A DNA stretch of 48,055 nucleotides, from positions 1 to 48,055 of the IMG/VR virus record IMGVR_UViG_3300037307_000569; one strand, written 5' to 3'. The notes under the pieces are model-generated. The model saw nothing but the letters and a program-made list of their open reading frames with translations. It was not told the origin of the DNA and made no database searches. Of the stretch, positions 36,574 through 42,978 are shown piece by piece (within the stretch, counting starts at the first letter, position 1; every line of letters starts with the position of its first letter). This stretch comes from a virus. Taxonomy: Duplodnaviria > Caudoviricetes. Made by a program: the position numbers and the translations under genes.

Positions 36574-36754
36574 CTTTTCCCAAACTTTCTTGTTGACATG
36601 TGAACCCCACTGTGTCAGCTTGAATACACGCGAGAGGAAACCCCCTCGCACGCGGACAAGGAACGACAAACCTTTATTGCAAGAATACAAATCGTTCGGC
36701 TCTCCAAGAGCAAAGCGGCTGCTTGCCCCAGCAGTCGCGAAACATTTTCCAAAT

Positions 36755-36836
36755 GGGCCTGTTGGCAACACGGGTGTTGCCTTTGACTTGCAATCAAAGT
36801 TTAAATAGAAGGGTTCAACTCCCGCACGGTCCACCA
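36755..36836 (+). tRNA. tRNA-Ala(TGC), atypical architecture
   Basis: G3:U70, TTTGA-CTTGCAA-TCAAA, 7-bp D stem, CCA. Confidence 0.75.
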
Positions 36837-36928
36837 ATCAACTTAGCCGCGAATAATCCCGAGTTACCCCCTCGGGAAATCTGGTGCAATCGCGGGAAGC
36901 CTTTTACCAGAACAAGGCTCCAATTTCT

Positions 36929-37003
36929 GGGCTATTAGCTTAACAGTAAAGCGCTGTGTTGGCAATGCAGAGAGCATCGGTGCAAGTCCGATATAGTCCA
37001 CCA
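36929..37003 (+). tRNA. tRNA-Ala(GGC)
   Basis: G3:U70, cloverleaf, CCA. Confidence 0.9.
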
Positions 37004-37005
37004 AT

Positions 37006-37080
37006 GGTAGTATGCCTGAAGAGTCAAGGGCTCGGCTGATAACTGAGAATATGCGGGTGCAAATCCCTCTGCTACCACCA
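37006..37080 (+). tRNA. tRNA-Ile(GAT)
   Basis: CTCGG-CTGATAA-CTGAG; CCA. Confidence 0.88.
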
Positions 37081-37224
37081 ATTTCGCGAAAAAGCACAAC
37101 ATACAGATGTCGCCCATTTGTGTGGTCAGATAGACGAACAAGGACAAGTAGGTTCGATTCCCCCTGGTCTGGTGACACTTCCTTGTCGGAACGAACGTGA
37201 AATCCTGATGTGCTATTTTTTAAT

Positions 37225-37298
37225 GGGAGCAAAGCATTAAAGTGATGCATCTGTTTTACACGCAGAGGAAGAGGGCGCGATACCTTCTGTTCCCACCA
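37225..37298 (+). tRNA. tRNA-Val(TAC)
   Basis: TCTGT-TTTACAC-GCAGA; CCA. Confidence 0.88.
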
Positions 37299-37300
37299 TT

Positions 37301-37377
37301 TAGATGCATACAGCAACCAACCTGAACATGGATACTCGCTCCACTGCGAAAGAGGGTCAAACCCCTCAAGGCATCTA
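37301..37377 (+). ncRNA. WUACAGCAA-motif RNA, copy 1
   Basis: TAGATGC-ATACAGCAA...GCATCTA. Confidence 0.6.
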
Positions 37378-37383
37378 GTTTTT

Positions 37384-37457
37384 GCGTTTGTGGTTCAGTG
37401 GTAGAACACGACTTTGCCAAGGTTGAAACGGGGGTTCGATTCCCCCCAGACGCACCA
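37384..37457 (+). tRNA. tRNA-Gly(GCC)
   Basis: Canonical cloverleaf, CCA. Confidence 0.92.
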
Positions 37458-37460
37458 TTT

Positions 37461-37535
37461 GCTTCATTCGTTCAACGGATAGGACGGGAACTTCCTAAGT
37501 TCACAATGCGGGTTCAATTCCTGCATGAAGCACCA
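37461..37535 (+). tRNA. tRNA-Arg(CCT)
   Basis: Cloverleaf, CCA. Confidence 0.9.
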
Positions 37536-37578
37536 TTTTCCTCTTGACAAATCGATTTCTCCAAGCTAATTTCGCGCT

Positions 37579-37797
37579 ATGAAGATTGTAGCTTGCATCC
37601 ACAACAACTCTCTTGGCAAAGTCATTGCCGTTGCTTCCGATGAAGAAGCAAAAGACGCCATTCGCAGAGAAGCGGAAGCGACCCTTGGCCATCCACTCCT
37701 TGATGAACAAGTCGATGATCTTAATGACCGTTTAGAAGTCATCGATGAGAGCGATGTGGATAATTTGTGGTCTTGGTCCATGGGTATCGTAGAATAA
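37579..37797 (+). CDS. Small acidic hypothetical protein
   Basis: Leaderless (TTGACA at 37544). Confidence 0.75.
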   Translation: MKIVACIHNNSLGKVIAVASDEEAKDAIRREAEATLGHPLLDEQVDDLNDRLEVIDESDVDNLWSWSMGIVE

Positions 37798-37800
37798 TAC

Positions 37801-37876
37801 GGGAGCGTAGTTTAGAAGGGAAAAATTCCTCAGTGACATTGAGGGGAACTCGGTTCGATCCCGAGCGCACCTACCA
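37801..37876 (+). tRNA. tRNA-Val(GAC)
   Basis: CCTCA-GTGACAT-TGAGG; CCA. Confidence 0.85.
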
Positions 37877-37879
37877 AAT

Positions 37880-37966
37880 GGGCGGCGTATGAGATGAAGT
37901 GGTTCTGAAAAATAGGCACCGCGCCCCACAAAAAGCATCAATAATTACGAGGTATCCCGCCCACCA
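37880..37966 (+). ncRNA. CCA-ended RNA with acceptor-like stem but no D/T arms
   Basis: GGGCGG...CCGCCC-A-CCA between two tRNAs. Confidence 0.5.
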
Positions 37967-37969
37967 TTT

Positions 37970-38044
37970 CCCCCTGTCTTTCAACGGATAGGAACGCCGC
38001 CTTCTAAGCGGATAATAGGGGTTCAATTCCTCTCGGGGGGACCA
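37970..38044 (+). tRNA. tRNA-Arg(TCT)
   Basis: Cloverleaf, CCA. Confidence 0.9.
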
Positions 38045-38087
38045 TTTTCCTCTTGACATTGATAAGAAAAAAATATAATCTCGCGCC

Positions 38088-38306
38088 ATGAGAAAAAACT
38101 TCTACAAACACACCTACACGGTTGTTGTATTAAGCGAAGATAAGGAAGAATGCGGACTTGACTATTTAGCTAGTTCCGTCAATACTGGGCCTGACTGTTT
38201 GTTTTCATACGGTATTACTAAAACAGAAAAGCTCTCTAAAAAACAAGCTGCTGACGCTCTTTATGAAGCGGGTTCTGACCCAGCATTTTTCGGTATTTCC
38301 TCTTGA
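38088..38306 (+). CDS. Small hypothetical protein
   Basis: Leaderless TTGACA...TATAAT promoter. Confidence 0.75.
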   Translation: MRKNFYKHTYTVVVLSEDKEECGLDYLASSVNTGPDCLFSYGITKTEKLSKKQAADALYEAGSDPAFFGISS

Positions 38307-38336
38307 CATTATCTGAAAAACCCATAAGCTCCTCCT

Positions 38337-38660
38337 ATGAAAAGAATCCTGAGTCAACCACAGCAAACCACGGATTTCGTTCTTGTTTCTGACCTGAAAC
38401 CAAGCATTGAATTCCAATATATCGGCTTGTCTTTGCCTGACGGCACAAGGGGAATACTGCGAGAAGATTGCAGCAATAGCTTACACATGTTCCAAGAGGC
38501 TTGGGATAATGAAATCGTTCAAACACATCTTGATTCCCTCAAGTTAACCCTACCAGAAATGGTAAAAAGGCTGGAAGAAAACAACATTGTGGTTTTTTCG
38601 TTCGAATCGCTCCGTGAATTGTTGCGCTGGGTCAGCAACGGTTCCGATGTAATATTTTAG
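38337..38660 (+). CDS. Hypothetical protein
   Basis: Leaderless (TTGACA at 38303). Confidence 0.7.
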   Translation: MKRILSQPQQTTDFVLVSDLKPSIEFQYIGLSLPDGTRGILREDCSNSLHMFQEAWDNEIVQTHLDSLKLTLPEMVKRLEENNIVVFSFESLRELLRWVSNGSDVIF

Positions 38661-38734
38661 GTCTGCAAGCATAGACAGCGATGCGCGTGTCTCGTAAGCA
38701 TGAAAGGTCAGTGCAAGTCTGACGCGGGCCTCCA
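38660..38734 (+). tRNA. tRNA-Thr(CGT)
   Basis: Cloverleaf, CCA. Confidence 0.88.
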
Positions 38735-38753
38735 GAAAACAAAAGCTTTCAAT

Positions 38754-38844
38754 GTGTCGGCTGCAATGACGGCGGTATTGCGGATGGCTGTAGACCATCT
38801 CCCACAGGGTAAACAAGAGAGTTCGAATCCCTCCCGACACACCA
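38754..38844 (+). tRNA. tRNA-Tyr(GTA)
   Basis: Long variable arm, CCA. Confidence 0.88.
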
Positions 38845-38845
38845 T

Positions 38846-38920
38846 GGTCTCAAAGAATAGACGGCGATTCACACGCTTGGTATGCGTGTCAGCAGGGTTC
38901 AAGTCCCTGTGAGACCTCCA
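38846..38920 (+). tRNA. tRNA-Thr(GGT)
   Basis: Cloverleaf, CCA. Confidence 0.9.
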
Positions 38921-38922
38921 GT

Positions 38923-38997
38923 GGGGAGTTGGTGTAGCGGTAAGCATCACAGGCTGTGAACCTGTCGGGGCGGGTTCAAATCCCGCACTTCCCTCCA
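38923..38997 (+). tRNA. tRNA-His(GTG)
   Basis: ACAGG-CTGTGAA-CCTGT; CCA. Confidence 0.88.
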
Positions 38998-39018
38998 TTT
39001 TTGCGTGTAAACAAGGAC

Positions 39019-39213
39019 ATGCCAATACCATCGAAAAGAAAAAACGAAAAGAAGAGTGATTTCCTATCTCGCTGCATGGGCGACGAAACGATGAACAAGG
39101 AGTTCCCCGATCAGAAACAACGCTATGCGGTATGCAATACCAAATGGGCGAAGAAGAAAGAAAAAGCTTCTGTCACAGCTTCTGTTGGTGAAGAGGAAAT
39201 CATCGTTGAATAG
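39019..39213 (+). CDS. Small basic protein (probable late gene inside the tRNA cluster)
   Basis: MPIPSKRKNEKKSDFLSRCM...QRYAVC; GTGTAA 8 nt upstream. Confidence 0.75.
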   Translation: MPIPSKRKNEKKSDFLSRCMGDETMNKEFPDQKQRYAVCNTKWAKKKEKASVTASVGEEEIIVE

Positions 39214-39215
39214 AT

Positions 39216-39294
39216 AGCGGTGTCATATAACGGTTTATTATGTGTGGCTTTGAACCACAACATGGTCTGGGTTCAATTCCCCCCGCCGCTGCCA
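39216..39294 (+). tRNA. tRNA-Gln(TTG)
   Basis: TGTGG-CTTTGAA-CCACA; CCA. Confidence 0.85.
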
Positions 39295-39349
39295 AAATTT
39301 CTCAAGAAACTTGTTGACTTCCTTCGGGATTCAGCTATAAAGACCTCGT

Positions 39350-39404
39350 GCGACACATACAGCAATCAAAAATACTCGTATTATATAACGAAAAAAGGTG
39401 TCGC
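39350..39404 (+). ncRNA. WUACAGCAA-motif RNA, copy 2
   Basis: GCGACAC-ATACAGCAA...GTGTCGC, immediately after a TTGACT/TATAAA promoter. Confidence 0.6.
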
Positions 39405-39410
39405 GTATTA

Positions 39411-39484
39411 GCCCGATGAGTGTGATGATAGCACGTAACGCTACGGACGTTAAAGAAGGGGTTTAATTCCTCTATCGGGCACCA
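39411..39484 (+). tRNA. tRNA-Arg(ACG)
   Basis: TAACG-CTACGGA-CGTTA; CCA. Confidence 0.88.
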
Positions 39485-39486
39485 CA

Positions 39487-39545
39487 AAGACGCTTACAGC
39501 AAACCAAAAAAATTCAGAATCTAATCCGAAAAAAAACGGCGTCTT
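39487..39545 (+). ncRNA. WUACAGCAA-motif RNA, copy 3
   Basis: AAGACGC-TTACAGCAA...GCGTCTT. Confidence 0.6.
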
Positions 39546-39555
39546 GTCCCTTTTT

Positions 39556-39649
39556 GCTGCATGGGTGGTGATTGGTAAACCACAACTGGCTTTCAACCAG
39601 TAGGCTTTCAAAAGAAGTTTGGCGGGTTCGATTCCCGTATGCAGCACCA
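39556..39649 (+). tRNA. tRNA-Glu(TTC) with long variable arm
   Basis: ACTGG-CTTTCAA-CCAGT then GGCTT-TCAAAAG-AAGTT arm; CCA. Confidence 0.82.
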
Positions 39650-39651
39650 AT

Positions 39652-39770
39652 CCCCAGTTCGTCTAAAGTAAGACAGTCTTCCGACCGCTTGTCGCCTCCT
39701 TTCACACGTTGGTCTGTGTGCAAGCTCCAAAGAAGAAAAATGGATGTGTTGCGGCATTCACTGGGGGCCA
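39652..39770 (+). ncRNA. tRNA-Trp-like RNA with 43-nt structured insert in the anticodon arm
   Basis: CCCCAGT/ACTGGGG-G-CCA, D arm GTCT/AGAC, TCTTC-[39682-39724]-CTCCAAA-GAAGA. Confidence 0.7.
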
Positions 39771-39778
39771 ATTTCAAT

Positions 39779-40183
39779 GGGCCTGCGTAGTTTCGACATG
39801 ACAAATCGAAATTACCATGCATGCAGAGGTTGATCGAAGGGCCTCTATAAAAATCGATTGAAAACCAAACGGCAAGTTCAACAAGCTTGCGTCCTTCGCG
39901 AAGAAGGCGGCGACCATGTTCAGTTTCGCGACTGTCAAGATCACTGTGCCTGCCTACGCGTAAGCAAAACGCACAGGAATCCCTCTCATCTGTGCGGACC
40001 AAACGAGGGTGGTTGTTGGGCTCGACCGCAACCGTAAAGCAAATCGGGTCATGGTGGTATTTCACCAAACAGAGAGCCGCGTCACCAGCGCACCCAACTG
40101 TGAGGAAAATCGGTGAAAGCATGTAATTCATGATAATTAAGTTAGTCATGGACATCGGGAGCATCACCCGATCAGGTCCACCA
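39779..40183 (+). ncRNA. ssrA: tmRNA
   Basis: GGGCCTG...TTCGAC 5' end, GCATG helix, GAC...CAGGTCCACCA 3' end with G3:U; tag ORF 39871-39963 ends in PAYA*. Confidence 0.92.
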
Positions 40184-40185
40184 AA

Positions 40186-40259
40186 TCTCCTTTGACGTAA
40201 CGGTAGCGTATCTGACTCTTAATCAGACTGTCCGAGTTCAAATCTCGGAGGGAGAACCA
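40186..40259 (+). tRNA. tRNA-Lys(CTT)
   Basis: TCTGA-CTCTTAA-TCAGA; CCA. Confidence 0.9.
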
Positions 40260-40302
40260 TTTTCCTCTTGACATTGGCGATAAATCCGCTTATCTTTCGC
40301 GC

Positions 40303-40479
40303 ATGAAGAAGAAAGCGCAGATGGGTGATTACGTGGAAGTAACCCACAAACCAAATGATCTGTTCAACCATGATTTTGTTGGTTTCGTCCAGAGCATCCG
40401 CAATGGAAATCCTGTTGTGGTTGATGGAAAGGATAATGCATGGGAAGTCGATCCCGATCAAGTGGAAGTAATCGAATAA
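40303..40479 (+). CDS. 58-aa hypothetical protein (not in ORF track)
   Basis: Leaderless MKKKAQMGDYVEV...VDPDQVEVIE*. Confidence 0.7.
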   Translation: MKKKAQMGDYVEVTHKPNDLFNHDFVGFVQSIRNGNPVVVDGKDNAWEVDPDQVEVIE

Positions 40480-40569
40480 TTTCCGTGTTGACGCGAAGAG
40501 TGCGATGATCATTACCCCTGCTTCGATCAGGTAGCGATTCAATCTGGGTTCGCGTCAACACAAAAAATA

Positions 40570-40645
40570 CGGAGCGTGGTAGAACAGCTATACGCCTGCC
40601 TGCAAAGCAGGGCCGATGCGGGTGCGAATCCCGCCGCTTCGTCCA
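40570..40645 (+). tRNA. tRNA-Cys(GCA)
   Basis: CCTGC-CTGCAAA-GCAGG; U73; CCA. Confidence 0.9.
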
Positions 40646-40646
40646 A

Positions 40647-40721
40647 GGGATCATGGTGTAGTGGTAGCAACACTGGCCTGTCACGTCAGAGGAAGGGGTT
40701 CAATTCCCCTTGGTCCCGCCA
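40647..40721 (+). tRNA. tRNA-Asp(GTC)
   Basis: CTGGC-CTGTCAC-GTCAG; G73; CCA. Confidence 0.9.
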
Positions 40722-40764
40722 CTTTTTTCTTGACTCTTAAAACTTTTCCGACATAATGCCGCAC

Positions 40765-40944
40765 ATGAACCAGAACACGGTCTATATCAAATACGAAGGA
40801 AAACATGAGCCTTGCTATCGATCCATCCTTGGCCTTTTAAATCTCGGGCCTCCTATCGATGAAGATTCGGGAGAGGATTTGGAAGTTTCGGACGATTTCT
40901 TATACAAAAAAGTTAATGGAGAATTTGTTCGATTACAGTCATAA
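40765..40944 (+). CDS. Small hypothetical protein
   Basis: Leaderless TTGACT...CATAAT promoter. Confidence 0.65.
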   Translation: MNQNTVYIKYEGKHEPCYRSILGLLNLGPPIDEDSGEDLEVSDDFLYKKVNGEFVRLQS

Positions 40945-41005
40945 AGGCCATTACAAAGCACTATAATTGGTTGACAAACCCCCAGCATCAAAGTAAGGTT
41001 GTTTC

Positions 41006-41209
41006 ATGAATACACCACTACAAAATGCCATTCTCGACGTTTCGGAAGTCTTCACTGGAAGCAACGGGGGTATGGACTACATTAAATTCCGCCGAATGAT
41101 TGAGTCGCTCGAAACAAAAGCTCTCAACGGAGATGCAGCTTCGAAAGAGATTCTTCTTATTGTGGAACGTTTCTGTAAACTAGTAGAACTTTCGAAAACA
41201 AAAGGTTGA
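41006..41209 (+). CDS. Small hypothetical protein
   Basis: Leaderless; stop codon lies inside the next tRNA's acceptor stem. Confidence 0.7.
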   Translation: MNTPLQNAILDVSEVFTGSNGGMDYIKFRRMIESLETKALNGDAASKEILLIVERFCKLVELSKTKG

Positions 41210-41291
41210 CAAACCCCTAGAGTCGGGGCACCGTCTGGAAAGCGGTTGGAGGTGTAAAAGCCTTGGGATGCAAGTTCTCTGTCAACCGCCA
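41204..41291 (+). tRNA. tRNA-Ser(GGA)
   Basis: GGTTGAC/GTCAACC, long variable arm, G73, CCA. Confidence 0.82.
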
Positions 41292-41313
41292 TATAAAAAC
41301 TAAAGTTTTTACT

Positions 41314-41401
41314 GGATGATTAACCCGCGAGGTGCGGGCGCTGCCTGCTAAGCAGACGGAGGTTCAACAGCCTTGGCGTTCAAGTCGTCAGTCATCCGCC
41401 A
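41314..41401 (+). tRNA. tRNA-Ser(GCT)
   Basis: Long variable arm, CCA. Confidence 0.87.
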
Positions 41402-41404
41402 ACA

Positions 41405-41494
41405 GGAAGGATGCCAGAGCGGTTGATTGGGTCAGTCTTGAAAATTGAAGGGGTATAAAAGCCTCCGTGGGTTCGAATCCCACTTCTTCCTCCA
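41405..41494 (+). tRNA. tRNA-Ser(TGA)
   Basis: Canonical class II tRNA, CCA. Confidence 0.92.
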
Positions 41495-41497
41495 AAT

Positions 41498-41573
41498 GCG
41501 CTAATGATGTTAACGGCCAGCATACCGTCCTTCCAAGTCGGGTGTGGGGGTTCGAATCCCCCTTGGCGCACCA
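41498..41573 (+). tRNA. tRNA-Gly(TCC)
   Basis: Cloverleaf, CCA. Confidence 0.9.
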
Positions 41574-41615
41574 TTTTCCTCTTGACAAACGCTCTTAATC
41601 TCATAGAATCCCGCC

Positions 41616-42137
41616 ATGACTCCGTGCAAAACACTCGTTAGTGACAGGGACCGCATTCCTGTATCTGAGGAATTCATCAAGCGCAACAACCTTCGCTTGC
41701 TATCGGAAGACGACATTGCAAGGTTTTTAGACAATAGAGATGACATCTTTGGATTTGAAGCGGGCGTTCTAACCATGTTCCTGCCTTGGGAAAAGATTAA
41801 ACATTTGTATAAGGAAGATTTTGTGAAGCAGGTCGATGCTGGAACTGAAGATTTCCCGCCGCCAATTACCTCAATCGAAGAAGCGGCACAAGACTTTCTT
41901 GATTACATGGTGTTTGCATGGGACAAAGCAGAAAGCCAACGTGGAATTTCTGCATCACGCAGTATCTCAAAGCTTTTCGCTTGGCTGTCTGTTATGGGGC
42001 GTAAGGATTTAGCCGATATCCTTAATAAAAATGAATTGTATAACCCATACGGCGCACCCGCATTGATTGCCGTGTGTGACGCAATGGGAATTAAGGTGCC
42101 CAAATCTCTCAAGAAATTTGCCGAACATCCTTGTTAA
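41616..42137 (+). CDS. Hypothetical phage protein
   Basis: Leaderless; DYMVFAWDKAESQRGISASRS...YNPYGAPAL. Confidence 0.8.
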   Translation: MTPCKTLVSDRDRIPVSEEFIKRNNLRLLSEDDIARFLDNRDDIFGFEAGVLTMFLPWEKIKHLYKEDFVKQVDAGTEDFPPPITSIEEAAQDFLDYMVFAWDKAESQRGISASRSISKLFAWLSVMGRKDLADILNKNELYNPYGAPALIAVCDAMGIKVPKSLKKFAEHPC

Positions 42138-42212
42138 GGTCTGTAAGCATTGACGGCGATGCGCCAGTTTTGTAATCTGGATAAGTCGGTTCGACTCCGA
42201 CACGGGCCTCCA
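42138..42212 (+). tRNA. tRNA-Thr(TGT)
   Basis: Cloverleaf, CCA. Confidence 0.9.
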
Positions 42213-42272
42213 TTAACTCTTTTTCCCCAAAATAAATCTTGACTCTGGCGCAAAATCCCCCATACTCCTCGT

Positions 42273-42344
42273 ATGAAGATCATTGATCCGCTTGCCGTCA
42301 CCAACTTCAATCGATCCGATGCAGAACTCCAAGCATGGCGTTAA
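42273..42344 (+). pseudogene. 23-codon ORF, possible truncated gene remnant
   Basis: Good leaderless promoter but only MKIIDPLAVTNFNRSDAELQAWR*. Confidence 0.4.
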
Positions 42345-42424
42345 ACCAAATAGATCTTTTGATTTGGGCAACCCAAAGCGACAGAATTGAAGGCACGTTC
42401 AACGACTCCTTTCCACCACAAAAT

Positions 42425-42516
42425 GGATTATAGGGTGCCCGTGTTGGCACGCCCGCTCTCGAAAAGCGGCCCAACCCCTAAAAAGGTTGACGGTTCGACT
42501 CCGTTATAATCCTCCA
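42425..42516 (+). tRNA. tRNA-Ser(CGA)
   Basis: CCGCT-CTCGAAA-AGCGG, long variable arm, CCA. Confidence 0.85.
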
Positions 42517-42523
42517 CAAAAAA

Positions 42524-42775
42524 ATGACTCGCATTAAACATATCATTAGTTGCGCAGACTCCCCCAATCTGTTGTTTGCGTTAGTTCTTAGCATTCCTTT
42601 TCTTCTCGGTTTTGCTTGGGGCTACTTCTTCGGGCACGTAAACGGAGTAAACAACACAATGATTGAAGCGTGGCAGCAAGGTGTCGCTGTCCCTACTCTC
42701 GAAAAAGGCGAAATCAAATACCGTTGGGTTGATCCACATTTATTGGAAGAAATTCCGCCACCACTACCAGAATAA
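42524..42775 (+). CDS. Small membrane protein (paralog 1)
   Basis: TM helix then GYFFGHVNG...GVAVP...KYRW. Confidence 0.7.
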   Translation: MTRIKHIISCADSPNLLFALVLSIPFLLGFAWGYFFGHVNGVNNTMIEAWQQGVAVPTLEKGEIKYRWVDPHLLEEIPPPLPE

Positions 42776-42777
42776 CT

Positions 42778-42978
42778 ATGAAAAACCATGACATGTTTTT
42801 GTTGATTATGGGCGCAGCAGTCCTATTAGCCGTCATTTTCTTTTTCGGCTACGTCCTTGGTTGGCAAAACGGAATTACCGCAACAAAAATTGACGCGTTC
42901 AAACACGGTGTTGCCGTGCCGCAAGTCGTGAATGATCAAGTCAAGTACAATTGGATCAATCCACCCCCTTCAAGGTAG
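42778..42978 (+). CDS. Small membrane protein (paralog 2)
   Basis: TM helix then GYVLGWQNG...GVAVP...KYNW. Confidence 0.7.
   Translation: MKNHDMFLLIMGAAVLLAVIFFFGYVLGWQNGITATKIDAFKHGVAVPQVVNDQVKYNWINPPPSR

Noticed and set aside
36755-36836. tRNA-Sec, suggested by the long D stem
   Set aside because: Anticodon is TGC with G3:U70 and there is no paired long variable arm
36840-36925. HDV-like/theta ribozyme after tRNA-Ala
   Set aside because: A pseudoknot is present, but I could not place P3, P1.1 or the catalytic J4/2 strand
35013-37710. ORF-track ORFs overlapping the tRNA cluster
   Set aside because: They are shadow frames across tRNA/ncRNA genes with no promoter-start geometry or protein-like motifs
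39514-40167. 217-aa minus-strand ORF
   Set aside because: Antisense to tmRNA and tRNAs; no supporting signals
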